Assembly (NCBI GenBank): GCA_004431415.1
Contig: QPMI01000052.1
Span: 1-57,314, forward strand
DNA from: Cyanophora paradoxa CCMP329
Lineage: Eukaryota; Plantae; Glaucophyta
DNA length: 57,314 nucleotides
Reading direction: 5' to 3'
Part shown: piece by piece, positions 30,126-43,557 of the stretch
Numbering within the stretch: the stretch's first letter is position 1
Layout of the letters: each line of letters starts with the position of its first letter
Notes under the pieces: generated by a model
Database searches by the model: none
The model's input: only the letters and a program-made list of their open reading frames with translations
What the model was told of the DNA's origin: nothing
Made by a program: the position numbers and the translations under genes

Positions 30126-33100
30126 ATGGGAAACGGGTGCGCGAGGCCGGCGGGGCCGGTGGAGTCGCCGATCTCGTGGAGCTCGGGCCCCTTGAACCCG
30201 GCCCGCCGCCGCAAGGCCTCCGTCGACCACGGCGGCGGCGCCTCGGAGGCTGGGTCGGGCACCTCCAACTACGGCGACTCGCGCCCGGGGACGGCGCCCC
30301 ACCAGTCCACCGCCCGCTCGGGCCACCTCCTCCTCGACATCGCCGACGCCGCCACCGCGCCCGCCTCCGCCTCGTCGCTGCACGCCGCGCGCGGGCGCGC
30401 GGCCGCAGACGTCGCCCGCGCCCTCCTCCCCGCCCTCGCGGCGCCCCTCGCCTTCCCGGCCCGCGCCGCCGCCGCCCTGGCCGGCGCCCTCGGCGCCGCC
30501 TGCGTCGAGATCCACGCGGCGGACGCGTGCGGCGGCGCCGGGGCCGACGCCGCGGGGCCCGGCCTGCGCCTCCTGGGGGCCCACCCGGAGCCCTCGCCCC
30601 TCCTCCGCCAGCGCCTCTCCTCCCCGGCCGACGCCGCCCGCGCCCTCTCCGGCCGCGCCTCCGCCCCCGCGCCCCTCGGCCCGGCGCCTCCCCCACCGCT
30701 TCGTTCGCCGTGCCGCTGCCTCCGCCGGAGGGCGCCGGGCCCCCGGGGGGCCTCCTCGCGGTCCGGCCCCTCCCGCCGCCCCGGCCGCGCCGCTCGCGTT
30801 CGATCCTCGGAGCCGGCGCAGGTCGTCTTTGAGCGGGAGCGGGCGGCGCTGTGGCCCGAGGAGCGCGAGGCCCTCGCCGAGGCCGCCCGTTTCGTCGCCG
30901 TCGGCCTCGCCGGTGCCCGCACCCCCGCCCCGCTCCGTCGCCGCCCCCGCCCGCTGAAGCCGCCCCTGGCGCCGCCGCAGCGCTCGGCGCCTGCCCCGCG
31001 GAAGCGATCGCCGGCGCTATCTGCGAGGGGCCGGCGACCTGGCCGCCGCCGCCCGCATTGCCGCCTCCGCCCTCGGCGCCGAACGGTGCGGGGATGCGCG
31101 GGCGGCGCCGCGCTCGCCTCCCGCGTTCCGAGGCGGCGGGGCGCGGGGCGCAGGTGCCTGGTGCTGGGCGGCGAGGGCCCATCGGACGTGCGGGCGTGCT
31201 GGCCGCCCTCGGCCCGCGATCCGCCCCTGCCCCGCGAGGCCCGCATCGCCCCGCCCACCCCAACTCTCCAGAGAAGAGCCTCTGAGCGCGCCCGCTGCAG
31301 GTGTGGGAGCAGCTTGCGGCGGGGCGGCCCGTCGGCGGGCGGAGGCGGCGGCCGGGGCGGAGCCGCTCATGGCGCGGCCCATCCTGCTCGGCGGGCGCTT
31401 CGCCGGCGCCGTCGCGGTCGCCGGCGGCGGCGGCGGGCGCCGCGAGTGGTGCGAGGCCGACGCGGCGCTCCTGGCGCGCTGCGCGTGGGCCCTCGCCCCG
31501 GCCCTCGCCGCCGGGGCGGGCGGGGGCCGAGCGCCTCGCCGGAGCCGACGCCCTCCGCGACGGCGAGCCTCCGCCGCGAGGTGCGCCCCCGCCCGCCGCC
31601 CCGCCGCCCCGGGGCGGGGCCGAGGGGCTCGGCGCCAGGCGCGGACAACTCGTACCAGCAGATCGTCGACGCTACACGGACAACTCGTACCAGCAGATCG
31701 TCGACGCGCCCCAGGCGAGCCGCGCCGGGGCCCGCGCCGCCGGCTCCTCCGCGCCGCCCTATCCTCACGCCGCGCCGCGCCCCAGGTGCTCTGGACGGAG
31801 GGGACGGGCGTCAAGACGGTGCGCGCGCCATCCCGAATCCCCGCCGCCGCCGCCGGCCGCCCCCTGCCCCCCGCGCCGATGCGAGGCGGAGCGCAGAACC
31901 CGGGGGGCCGGGGCCTGGGGCAGGCCTCCGCGCGCGTCCTCTCCATGATGCTCGCCAGGTCGGCCCGCCCCCGCCGGCCCCGCCCCTCCACGTCCGAAAT
32001 TCCGAATTCCCGCCGGGACAGCGCAAACGGCGTGCTGGTGATCGACGACGTCCGCAAGCTCGCCCGCACCGCCCTCCGGGTCCGCCCCCCGCGCGCCTGC
32101 TCTCGTCGCCCACGGCTCCGTTCCTGGGACCACTTCGGGGCGAGGCGGCGGGGGGGCTGACGGGCGGGGCGGCTCGGGGGCGGCAGGACGTGCCGGGGGC
32201 GCAGCAGGCGGCGGAGGCGCTCCCCCGCAAGGCCACCATGACCTGCTTCGGGAGTGCGCGCCCCCCGCCCCGCCCTCCCGCCCCAGGGGCCAGGGGCCCC
32301 CGGCCGTCGTTTCGGCCCTGACGCGCGGCGCGGCAGCTTTCCGAGGGGAGGTCCAGCTGATCGTCTCGGGTGCGCCGCCGCCCCCGCCCCGCCCGCCCCG
32401 CCCCGCCCGCCCCGCCCGCCCCGCCCCGCCCCGCCCCGCCCCGCCCGCGCCGCCTCGGAGCGCCGAGGGCGCCGCGGGGGCAGTGGACGTGCTGGAGCGG
32501 GAGCCGGAGTGGGGCCCCGAGGAGCAGCTCCTCCTCCGCCAGGCCGCCGACCAGCTCGCCGTCGTCCGCCCCGCCCGCCCCTCCACGCCCGCCGCCCCGC
32601 CTGAGGGGCGCGGGGCAGGCGATCGCGCACGGGCGGCTGCTGGAGCAGCAGCGGACGCACGCCGCGCAGCTCGAGCGGCAGCTCATGCACTCGGGCCTCC
32701 TCGAGGCCGTCCGCCCCGCCCGCCCCGCCCCGCCCCGCCCCGCCCCGCCCCGCCTCCCAGCGCCCCGACTGACGTGCGGAGCGGCGCGCCTCCCCCTCAG
32801 ATGACGAAAGAGGTGCGCGGGATCGCAGCCCCGCCGGGGCGCCCCGCGCGCCCCCGCGCCGGGCGCCTCACGGGGTGGGGCGGGCAGATCCACCAGGTGC
32901 TGGGGGTGCAGGAGGTGTTCCGGCGGAGCGCGCGGCTCGTCCGCGAGGCCTTCCGCGCCTCCCGCGTCCGCCTCTCCTCCATGGAGGAGGCCCGCCCCCG
33001 CCCCCGCCCCCGCCCCGTGCTCTCGCGCAGCCTCCGCGCCCGCGTCTTACTCGCGTTTGCTCCCCCGCGCAGGTCGGCCTCGAGGCCGTCGACGTCGACC

Positions 33101-36100
33101 CCGAGGTCGAGGGCAGGTTCCCCCTGCAGATCCGCTCCTCGGGTGCGCCCCCGGGTCCCGAGTCCCGCGCCGCGCCCCCCGCACCCCGGCTGAGCGGCGC
33201 TCGCGCCAGTGGATCCGGTGCCGCTGCAGGGCCCCGGCCCGGCCGCCCTCGGCGCCTTCAACCTGCAGGAGCTTTACAGGCGCCTCAGCTCGAGTGCGGC
33301 GGAATTGCGCCCCCCCTCCAGTGGGGCCGCGCTGGCGCTTGACCCCCGCCGCAGCGGGGCGGAAGGTCTTTGCGATCCGCGACATGGCGGACGACGCCGA
33401 GGTGCCCCCCCCCCTTCCCCCCCCCCCCCCCCCCGCTCCGGGGCGACACGCTGCGCGCAGCTGGCGACGATCGGGATCGGCACGGGGATCTTCGCCAAGG
33501 AGTTCGGGCGCCTGCAGGTGCCCGCCGCGCCCCCCGCGCCCCGCTCGCGGCGGCGCGGCCGGCTGACTCGGGCCCCCGCCCGCGCGCCAGAACATCCGCT
33601 CCATCTGCGTCGCGGTCCGCGGCTCCTCCCGGCGCGGGCGCCCCGCGGGAGCGCGGGGCCTCACGCCCGGGCCCCGCCCCCCGCAGCTGACCTCGTTCCG
33701 AGGCGAGGTGAACGGCATCGTAGGGGTGAGCCGCCCGCCACCGGGCCCCGCCGAGGTCGCGCCGGCCGAGGGCGGGGCGCGGCAGGTGGCGATGGTGGGG
33801 CAGCTGCGGGAGTGGCAGGAGGACGAGCTCCGCCTCCTCGAGACCGTCGCCGAGCAGGCCCGCCCCCGCCCCCGCCCGCCCCGCCCCGCCTCCCCCCGCC
33901 CGCCCGAGCGCGCGGGGTCGGGCAGATCGGCGTGGCGATCAAGCAGTCGCGGCTGCTGCGGGCGGAGACCGAGCAGCGCGAGCTCCTCGCCCGCCAGGTC
34001 GCCCCCGGCCCCCTGGCGCGCCTCGAACCCCGCGCCTGAGCGGCACCGGGCCGGCAGAACGCGGAACTGGAGGAGGCGCGGCGGGAGGCGGACGCGGCGA
34101 GCACCGCCAAGAGCCAGTTCCTCGCCATGGCCCGCCCCGCCGGCCCCCGCCTCCCCTCCGCTCGCGTCTCACCCTGCCCCGCCCCCCGCAGGTCTCCCAC
34201 GAGATCCGCACGCCGTGCGCCCCTGGCGCGGCCGTCTCTCGGCGCGCGCCCCGGCGGCCCGACCCCGCCTCCCCGCCCCGCACAGGATGAACGCGCTGTG
34301 CAACATGAGCGAGTTCCTGCTCGACACGGAGCTGACCCCGCAGCAGCGCGACTTCTGCACCACCATCCACGCGCGCCCCGCCCCGCCCCGCCCCGCCCCG
34401 CGCCCGGGCTCCAGCTCTGAGGCGCGCCGCGCAGAACTCCTCGCTCGCCCTGCTGAACATTCTGAAGGACATCCTCGACACGAGCAGGTGCCCCAGAGCC
34501 GCCGGCGGGGCCGGGGCCGGGGTCGGGGCCGGGGCGCGACGGGGGCGGGCGGGCAGGCTGGAGTTCAACAAGGTGGAGATCCAGCGCGGGCCCGTTCTCC
34601 TCCGCGAGCTCTTCGAGCAGGTCCCTCCGCCCCGAGGCGAGGCGCCGCGGGGGGCGGGGGCCGAGGCGGGGCGGGGCGCAGGTGGCGGAGCTGATGTCGC
34701 CCTCGGCGGAGCAGAAGGGCGTCGACCTCGCCTGGCACGTCGCCCGCGCCTGCCCCCGCACCCTCCACACCGACGGCCCCCGCCTCGTCCGCCCCGCCCG
34801 CCCCCGCCCGCGCGAGGCCGCTCGGGCCCCCAGAGGCCTCGGGGGAGCTCACGTGCGCCCCCGCAGAACCAGATCCTGGTCAACCTGCTGGGGAACGGTT
34901 CGCTCGCGCCGGCGCCGGTGTCGTGGGCCGCGCGGCGTTCTCCCGCGCGATGCCGATCGGCTGGGCGCCGGCGCACGCGCAGGGATCAAGTTCACGAGCC
35001 GGGGCGAGGTGTCGCTTACGGCGCGGGTGGAGGGCGACCAGCTCTGCATCGCCATCCGGGATACGGGGATCGGCATCCCCGCCGAGGCCCAGCAGAAGCT
35101 CTTCTCCTGGTTCTACCAGGTGCCGCCCCCGGCCCCCGCCCCGGCGCCCAGCGCGCCCGAGCGAGCGCCGACCGCCCGCCCGCCAGGCCGACTCGTCCCA
35201 CTCGCGGGAGTACGGCGGCACGGGGTGCGCTGCCCGCCGGCCCCGCCGATCGAGCCGGCGGGGCGGGCGTCGTTTAAGGGGCCGGGCCGGGGGCAGGCTG
35301 GGCCTCTTCATCTCGCGGAAGCTGGCGGGACTGATGGGCGGCGAGATGCGCGTCGAGTCGGAGCCCGGCCGCGGCTCCACCTTCTGCCTCTCCTTCCCCT
35401 CCACGCCCTCGCCCCCCGCAGGCCGACCCCGCCCCCGCCCCGCCCCCCGACCGGCACGGACCTGCCGCTCGCGGGCCTGCGCGTGGCGGCGTGGAGCCCG
35501 TCGCCGGCCACCCGCGTGCGCCCCCGCCTCCGCCGCCGCCGCCGCCGCCTTCCTCGTCCCCGGGCCCCGACGCGCCGCCTCTCGCGCAGGCGCTGCTGGC
35601 GGACGCGCTCGAGGAGGCCGGCGCCGCCCCCGATCTCCTCGAGGAGCTCGAGGGGTGCAGGCCCCGCCGCCCCCGCCTGCCTCCTCCTCGACGCCGCCGG
35701 CGGGCCCCTGCCGCCCCGCTGGGCGGCCGCGCTGGCGGGGTGCCCCGCGTGGTGCTCGCCCCGCTGGGCGCCGCCGGCCTGGGCGCCGAGCGCCAGGCGG
35801 CGGCCGCCGTCGTGGCGAAGCCCGTCAAGCCCGCACCGTCGTCGACGCCATCGCCGCGGCGCTCGGGCGGCCCCGCCCGGCGCCGGCGGCGGGCCGGGGG
35901 AGGGCCGGCGGGGCTCGGGGCCCGAGGCGGACGGCCCCGCCCCCGCCGCCCTCCGCATCCTCGTCGCCGAGGACGTCGAGGCGAGCGCAGCCGCGCAGCC
36001 CTCCGCGCCCTTCCCCGCCCCGCCCCGCTGACGACGATCCGGCTCGGGCGCGCGCAGGTCAACAAGAAGGTGGGAGCAGCGGCCCGCGGCCGCCCTCGGC

Positions 36101-36828
36101 GCGCGCCCGCCACCCGCCGCGCGGCCGACACGCGCGCGCCGCCGCCGCAGATCCTGCTGCTGATGCTGCGGAAGAAGGGGTACGGGACGTGGAGGCGGTC
36201 TCGAACGGGGCGGAGGCGCTGGCGGCGCTAGCGGCGGCGCGCAATGCCGGCCGCCCCTTCCACTGCCTCCTCCTCGACGTCATGTGCGCCCCCGCCCCCG
36301 CCGAGCGCGGTGCCCCCGCCGCCCTCTCCCGTCTCACGCGCGCCGCAGGATGCCCGTGATGGACGGCGCGCCGCCCCCCGCCCCCCGCCGCTGGCCGCGC
36401 GGCCCCGCCTCATGCCCGGGGCGCAGGGCTGACGGCGGCGAAGCGCATCCGGGCGGACTTCGCGGAGGGGGAGCGCCCCTACACCGTCGCCCTCGTCCGC
36501 CCCGCCCGCACCCGCCCCACCCGGCCCCGCCCAGCGCGGCCCTGCTGAGCGCCGGGGCGGGGTGGCGGGGTCTGCAGACGGCGAACGCGATGGCGGGGGA
36601 CCGCGAGCAGTGCCTCCTCCTCATGGACGACTACCTCCCCAGTGCGCCGCCCCCCGCCCCCCCAGGAACAGGCGCATCGAGGGCGTCCCTCCCCTCTGAC
36701 CCCTCTGACCGGAGCGCTCTCGGGGCCCAGAGCCGGTGCGGGCGGAGGGGCTCGTCGCAGCCCTCCAGAAGTGCGAGGCCGCTCTCTTGGGGAAAAACCC
36801 CGTCCCGGGCCTGGGCCCGGCCCCCTAG
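30126..36828 (+). CDS. Multi-exon hybrid sensor histidine kinase (GAF-like domains, HisKA, HATPase, receiver)
   Basis: Spliced motifs AKSQFLAM|VSHEIRTP|[27 protein letters not shown]|LGL-ISRKL--LMGG, ILVAED, LLDVM|[21 protein letters not shown]; stop TAG at 36826-36828. The start (MGNGCA) is tentative. Confidence 0.92.
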
Positions 36829-38341
36829 CCCCGCCCCAAGCCGGACCCCCGACTCGCGATTGCGAGCTCGGCCCCCGGGGCCCACTTTCGTCCGCTTTGC
36901 CAGCGCTGGCGCGCCGATTCTGCTTGCCACGGTGTCCCAGTGTTGTGATGGCGAGTGCTCTTGTCTGCTATTTTACAGTGGTTTCCCTCATTACTTTGCA
37001 TCAGTCGTACGATTTCTTGCATGCGCAGCTTCATATTTGCAGTATGTTTCAACCGTACTGGTTTGCAGCCGCGCGCGTTCTGCGTGACAATGTGTGTGTG
37101 TTCGAGCCCGACTCGCCATCCGTCGTGGTTATAGTTTTTCTTGGCCAGCTATGTATGTACTTTTAGCCAGTTTCGTTCGCTTTGCTAGTGCTCAGCGGCT
37201 CGCACGCCGATTCAAAATGATTTGAAGCTCTAGATTTCTAGTGTCGTGATCATGATCAGTGAGGTTGCCTGCTTCTTCGTACACACAAATGTCACAGTGT
37301 TCTCCTCAGACTCTGAGATTCGCATAATAATTAGTCGTGTGATTTCTGGCTCGGCCAGCTATATATGTAGATTTCTTTGGCCAGCTGTGTATGTACCTGA
37401 AGCTATCATAGTATTGCAGTACTAAGGTTTTATACAAAGCTATGGCAGTGAGTTTATTCTCAACTTTACTTATTCGCAACCGCATTCTGCATGTGTATTT
37501 GAGGCAATTTTGAGCCCGCCCCTTCAACGCAAGTTCCGGGCAGCACGCCGCCGGGCCGTGACGTGTTACATGATCACGACTTGTGGGCTTGAAGAAAAAG
37601 CCTTGAATGCCAATTGCAATGAATACTACGGGGGGGATCGTGATCTTAAGAAACGCTTAGCTGATCATGAGAAGCGCGTGGGGGAGGAGGGCTAGCGCTA
37701 GAGCTCGCGCGATGAGAATTATCTATACTATGATAGCCGGAGGAGGAGAGCGAGGAGAGGAGATCTATAGCCGGATTGAGCCAGAGGAGACGAAGATGAA
37801 GAGGAAACGTTGAAGGGGGATCCCGGCCGCGGAAGAGCCGCCGGGCCGGGATCCGAAGAAAAAGAGAAAGTGCATGCGCATGCGCGCAAAGTTCCTTTAA
37901 TTTTGATCATGATTCATGATCCTGCGACGTTGTACAAATCATGAAAACTAAAGCCTAAGCTGTGCACAAATTCAGAACTACACTGAACTTCGGAATAGGA
38001 ATTCGACGAATCTAATCTGTGGACAAGTATTTAAAGAGTGCGACGCGAAGAGGAATTTAACGAGGGGGTCTCTCGCAACGCTGCCGAGCTTTAAGATGAT
38101 CAGAATCATATCCGAGCTACACATCAAACTTGAGCTCCGCTGCAGGGCTGCGCGACAGATTAATTAGATCGGTTGACTTTTGACGCCAACATTAATTGAT
38201 ATCAGAGGACTCCTTGATCACCTCGGGGCGGGGCGGTGCGCTTCAGCTGCAGACACAGAGGCATCCTTCATGCTGTGGCTGTAGTCGACCTGCGCAAATC
38301 GAAGAATATCGATGTCAGTCCCAAGCTCAGCAGGGCCGAAT

Positions 38342-39577
38342 TCACGTAAACGGATCGAAACCCGCACCTTCACGTCGACCAGGCCGGGGACGGGCACGGG
38401 CGCCTGCACGCCCTGTGGGTGGCCGAGGCGCGACGACGGGCGGGCGACTTCGAGCTCCCGCCGCATCGCCAGCCTCCACAGGCCCCAGCACGCGAAGCTG
38501 TTGAGCCCCAACGTTCAGTAAAGCTGCAATCAATTTTATAATTAGCTTAGCAAAATATGTCAATCGCACATGGCGAGGAAGTTGACGACGACTGCGGCGA
38601 CGTCGACGCCGAAGGACCAGCCGAGGGAGAGCGCGCTCGAGCCAAACATGTCCTTGAGGGGAACGTGCATGCCCTGTAGAACATCGATTTTATGATCAAC
38701 TAGAAGCTTCAATTTTTATAGATATTGTAGCGCTGGTATCGATAAAACGCACCGCGCCGAAGACGATGATGCCGATGATCATGAAGCAGGCAGAGACGCA
38801 GACGGAGGCCGTGATACAGATCCAAAGGCCGCGGGCCGAGTGCCAAGCGCGCCACGCGAGGGCGCAGGCGGTGAAGCCAGTGAATCCGTTGACAACGATG
38901 GCGATCAGGTGCATCGCGAAGGCAGCCTGAGGGAAAGGTCGAGAAATGCGATTAATATTAAAATTGATATATACACTAGATCTAGATCTAGAGCTCGAGA
39001 ATCCGATCGACTTGCAATTGGCGAACCTTCCCAGATGCGACGGCGCGGTCACACTTGTCGCGGACGGCGGCCGCCGCGTCGACAATAGCAGACGGGTCCA
39101 TCCCGGCTGCTTGCGCAGCCGCAGCTGCAGCCGCAGCGGCGGCAGCATTCGCCGCGCAGATGTCGTCCGTTTTCTGTTGCCAAAGCGAAGTCATGATCAG
39201 CCTGCAGCTGCAGCCTGGCAGGGCTCGCTCGGAGCCACGAGCGAGGCGTTCTAGCTTCGAATTCTGCGAGCGCACGGCTTCCACGGTCGTCGAGGTGCCT
39301 AACGCCGTCACCATCGCCTTGAGTCGCAGGAGCCCGATCTCGCTCGTGGGCGTTGTCGACCTGCGCAAGCATGCGGGCGCGCGGTCAATCGGAGGTCATG
39401 ATCAGATCTAGAAACCGCCCCGAGAGCTCGAGAATTCGAAGATGCGATATGCATGCGCGCCGCGGGGGGAATTTTAGCGCACCAGGCGATGGAGCCGATG
39501 GAAACGGCGGTGAGGACGACGATGACGAGCTCGAAGAGCGCAAGAACGATTCCAGGAGTTCGGGAGTGGGCCGGCAT
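38342..39577 (-). CDS. Four-TM claudin/PMP22-like membrane protein (spliced)
   Basis: TM1 ending in W, then GLLR, two Cys in the loop, two further hydrophobic helices, and LGWSF before TM4. Confidence 0.6.
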
Positions 39578-40973
39578 GCTTGAGCTTCTGTTTATTCTAC
39601 GAGTGCGCGTGCAGGTGCCGAAGTGCTGCCAGCTGCAGGCTCGCGTACGCGTGTTTCAGTTTTCTGCGTGCGGCGTACGCGCGTTTAGATCTAGATCTGC
39701 TGCAGTGCCACGGTTCAGCTGGGCGGCTTCTGGGATGCACGTTTGCACTGCGGCAATTGGCGATGCGCGTTCGGTCGTCTAGATCTGCTGTGCACGTCCG
39801 ATCGATAGTGCGCATGCGATGCTAGCGCTGTGGGGCGATATATCGACAGCGCAGCGCTAGCCTGTGCCAGCTGGAGTACTAGTGACGTCGACGTGGTGCG
39901 GCGTACGCTGTGGCTCCGCGGCCGTACGCGTACGCGTGGCACACTGCCAGCGCTACCGGTAGCCGCTGAGCCACGATCGAGCGAATAGAGTGAAGGGCTA
40001 GCCCGGCTCAGCGGCCGCGGCGCCCGGCTACGGTAGCGCCAGCCGCCGTGCACGTGGCACCTGCAGCCTGCAGGCTGCAGCTGGCTGAGCCTGGCTCAGT
40101 GGCCATGGCCGGTCACTGGTGACCGCATGACGCACTGCGCATGCAGCTGTGACGCGGCACTTGCAAAAAAAATCCCTTCACTTGATCCCGGAGCTTATAA
40201 GCTTCGATTGCTCGATATCGCGAAATAGCCCCGGGCCCGTGCACGTACGTGGCGCCGCGGCCACTGGGCAGGCCCATCACGATCACATGTACGTATATAT
40301 ATTTATAAGAGTCAAGCGTACTCAAGGGAATCCCTTAAATCCCTTCACCGAGCCAAGATTATATTACTTGCCCAGCGGGACTTCTCATCGATATCTTAAG
40401 CTTGGCCCCGCGGGCTACCGTACTACGGTATGCATGTACGTACCGTAGTACTAGGCTAGGCCTAGGAAGCTCACTGGCCAGCTCACACGATCATGGTTTA
40501 TTGACGTCATGCTCGCAGCGCTAGTGCTAGTGCTAGTGCTAGCCGCATATACGGTGGCATGCACAGCTGGCCTGGGTCATGGTACCGGTACGTAGCGAGC
40601 GGTCGTGCTGCCAGCCGGCGCCATATGCATGCGCATGCATATGCAGCTGCGTCAGACGGTCAGGTCTCTCGCATCTAGATCTGGCTCTGCTAGTTCACAA
40701 CTAGCTGAGCCTTGAGCTCAATGTCATAATCGAGGGACCTCCCACGGGCCCTCATCTAATATCAGTGCAAGTCGCGATCGCATGAAAACCTGTAATAGCA
40801 ACGCACGCGAAAATCGGAATCAACGCAACACACTGCAAAACTAGCGGAGTGACAATGAGCATGAAGTGAATTCGATCGCGAAATGACAAAGCAAAGTGCG
40901 CATTGCGAAGTGCACAGAGGAAGACAACCAAAGGGGTGGAATCGCTGGGGGCTTCTGGGCGTGCCCACTAGGA

Positions 40974-43557
40974 CTAGGCGAGGTTCTGGGCGTGCTCGGT
41001 GGCGGCCGCCGCGAGTGCGTCGGACAAGTCCACCGCGCCCTCCGCCCCGGCCCCAGAGCCGTCCGCCTCCTGCGCGCCCGGACCGGGGCCTTCAGAGGAG
41101 GCGGGGCGCGCTGGGGGGTCGGGGGGCGGGCGCGGGGGCGCACGTCGAAGTCGAAGACGGCGGGGGCCTCCTGCGCGCGCCGGGCGGTCAGGGGCCCAGG
41201 CCGCGCGTGGAGAGAGGCAGGGCCGCGGCGGGCGCGGGGGCCGGGGCGGGGCGGGCCGGGGAGCGGTGGGGTGGAGTGCGGGGGGCACCTGGGCGTCGGC
41301 GAGGTCGGCGGCGGTGTAGGGCGCCGCGTCCACCCTCCACATCGAGATCATGTCGTGCGGCTGCGCACGCGCGGCGGGGCGGGAGGCGCGCCCCGTCAGC
41401 GGCGGGGCGGAGGGTCGAGGGGCGGGCGGGCGGGCCTGGAATTTGGCGAGGGCGGTGGCGGTGCTCGTGAGACCGGCCGTGAAAATCTTCTCCATCTCCG
41501 CCTTCACGTCCGCCGGCCTGCGCGCCGCCCTCTCAAAGAGGCGCCGACCGGGGGCCGGCGGGGCGGGGCGGGACGGGGCGCGGCGGCGCGCGCCTGCACT
41601 GGTCCGAGTCGGCGGCGCCGAGGTCCGCCTTGTTGCTGCACACGAACTTGGCCAGCAGCTGCGGCCCCGCAGCCCTCAGCGCCCACCGCCTCCCGCAGCA
41701 TGCCGCGCGGGGCGACCTCGCGGGCCGGCTTGAGGGCGTTGGCGTGGAAGACGAAGACCTGCGCACGCGCGCGGCGCCGCCTCAGCCTCCAGCGCGGGCT
41801 CCCGGAGGCAGCGGGCGGGGCGGGGCGGGCCTGGCCGTCGCCCGGGACGAAGGGCTTGAAGGTGAGGACGCGGTTCTTCCCGCACTCCGCCGCCCCGATC
41901 TTCGCCAGGTCCCTGCCCCCGGTCCCGGACCCGGCCCGTCACGCCCCAGCGACGCGGAGGAGAAGGTCCGGCGGCTCCCCTAGCCGCCCGCGCAGAGGGG
42001 CGGGGCGGGCGCACCCCTCCTCGTGCTCGCCCTTGAGGACGTCCAGCTTGACCGCGCCTGCGCCCCCCGCCCCCGCCCCCGCTCGGCCCCGCTCGGCCCC
42101 CCCGCAGGGGCGACCGCCGCCGGCCTGCCGCACCGTTGCCCTCCTCCGCGTCCTCCCAGAGGTTCTTGTAGAAGGCCTTGATCGTCGCCTTCGTCAGCTT
42201 CGCCGGCGTCTGCCCCGCCCCCCTGCCCGTCACCCGCCGCGCGCCCTCTCTGGAGTGCGGCGGCGGCCGGCCCGGCTACCTTGTACTCGTCCGGCTTGAG
42301 CAGCGTGCGCTTGAGGTGCCCGCAGCCTGGAGGGGGCGACCGCTGAGCGGGGCCCCCACGTGCATCGGGGGCCGTTGAGGAGGGGGGTACCGAGGTTCTT
42401 GGGGTCGCTGGCAATCCTGCGCGGCGGCTCAGTACCCCTCCCGCACGCTCGGAGGGGTACGCGCACTTCTCCGCCATTGCGTCGCGCTGGTCGGCGGCGG
42501 GTATGTCCGTCGTGTGCGCGCCGTGGTCGCCGGCCTGTACCCCCATCAGGACGGGGAGAATGAACCGGAGCGGGGTGCGGCTGCCTTCTCCGCGAAGTGG
42601 TGTTCGCCGTGGGTGTCCGTGTGGGCGCTGCGCGGCCGCCGTTCGGACAGGGCCGCGTGGAGACACGGCGCCGGGCGGGGCGGGGGGTACGCACTAGAAG
42701 GGCTTGTAACCCGGGATCGCATACTTGTCGATGTACTTCTTCATGACCTACGACGCACCCCGTCGGCCTCGGCCTCGGGCGGCCTCGCGCGGGCGGGGCG
42801 GGGCGGGGCGGGGCGGGGCCGACCTTGTAGACCCTCTCCTCAGAGATGTCCTTGCCGCCCAGCACGAGCTTCTGAAAGGCGGCGAGGGAGAGCAGGAACT
42901 CCCTGCGCGCCCCGCCCCGCGCCCCCACGCGTCGGCAGCGGCTGCGGGGCCCCCCGGGGCGGCGGCCGGCGGGCGGGCGGCGCACGAGATCTCTCCGCCC
43001 GGCGTGTGGATGCCGGCCGTGGTCCCGCGCCCTGTATGGAGCCCCCGAGCGCGTCAGGCCAGCGTCCGAGCGAGCCGGCGGTCGCGCCCGGCCGCCCGGG
43101 CCGCGCGGAAGTGCGCGACGGGCCGGCGCACCGTCGATGCAGACCTTGGTCGTGTAGCGGACGTCTTTGAACTCCGGCTTGCCCAGCTCAATGTGCTTCT
43201 CGAGCTGCGCCGCTGCCGGCTCAGCGGGGCCCAGCACCGGGCTAGCCGGCGCGGCGCGGCGCGGCGGTGAGCCGAAGGCGCACGGCCTTGATGCTGAGGT
43301 TGCCGGGCTTCTGCTCGGAGTCTCCGGCGGCCTCGCGGTCGATCCGGATCGTCTTGTCCGCCCGCCCGCACTTCAGGAAGTTGTCTGCGGCCCCGGGCAC
43401 ACGCCGCCCGCCGTCACCGCACCGCAGACGGGAGCCGCCGTCGCCACGCACCGACGGTCATGTCCTTGGCGCGCGGAGCATCTGTGGTGTCCTTGGGCGC
43501 ATCCTCGGTCGCCTGGGCCTCGTCCGTGGTTTCCCTAGTCTCTTCTTCGAAATTCAT
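40974..43557 (-). CDS. Multi-exon hypothetical protein
   Basis: Short codon-biased exons (MNFEEETRE, KHIELGKPEFKDVRYTTK, TKATIKAFYKNLWED, KAEMEKIFTAG) separated by typical host introns; no family recognised. Confidence 0.6.

Noticed and set aside
37500-37920. Short charged ORF fragments
   Set aside because: Interrupted by stops, with no recognisable motif; possibly a decayed repeat.
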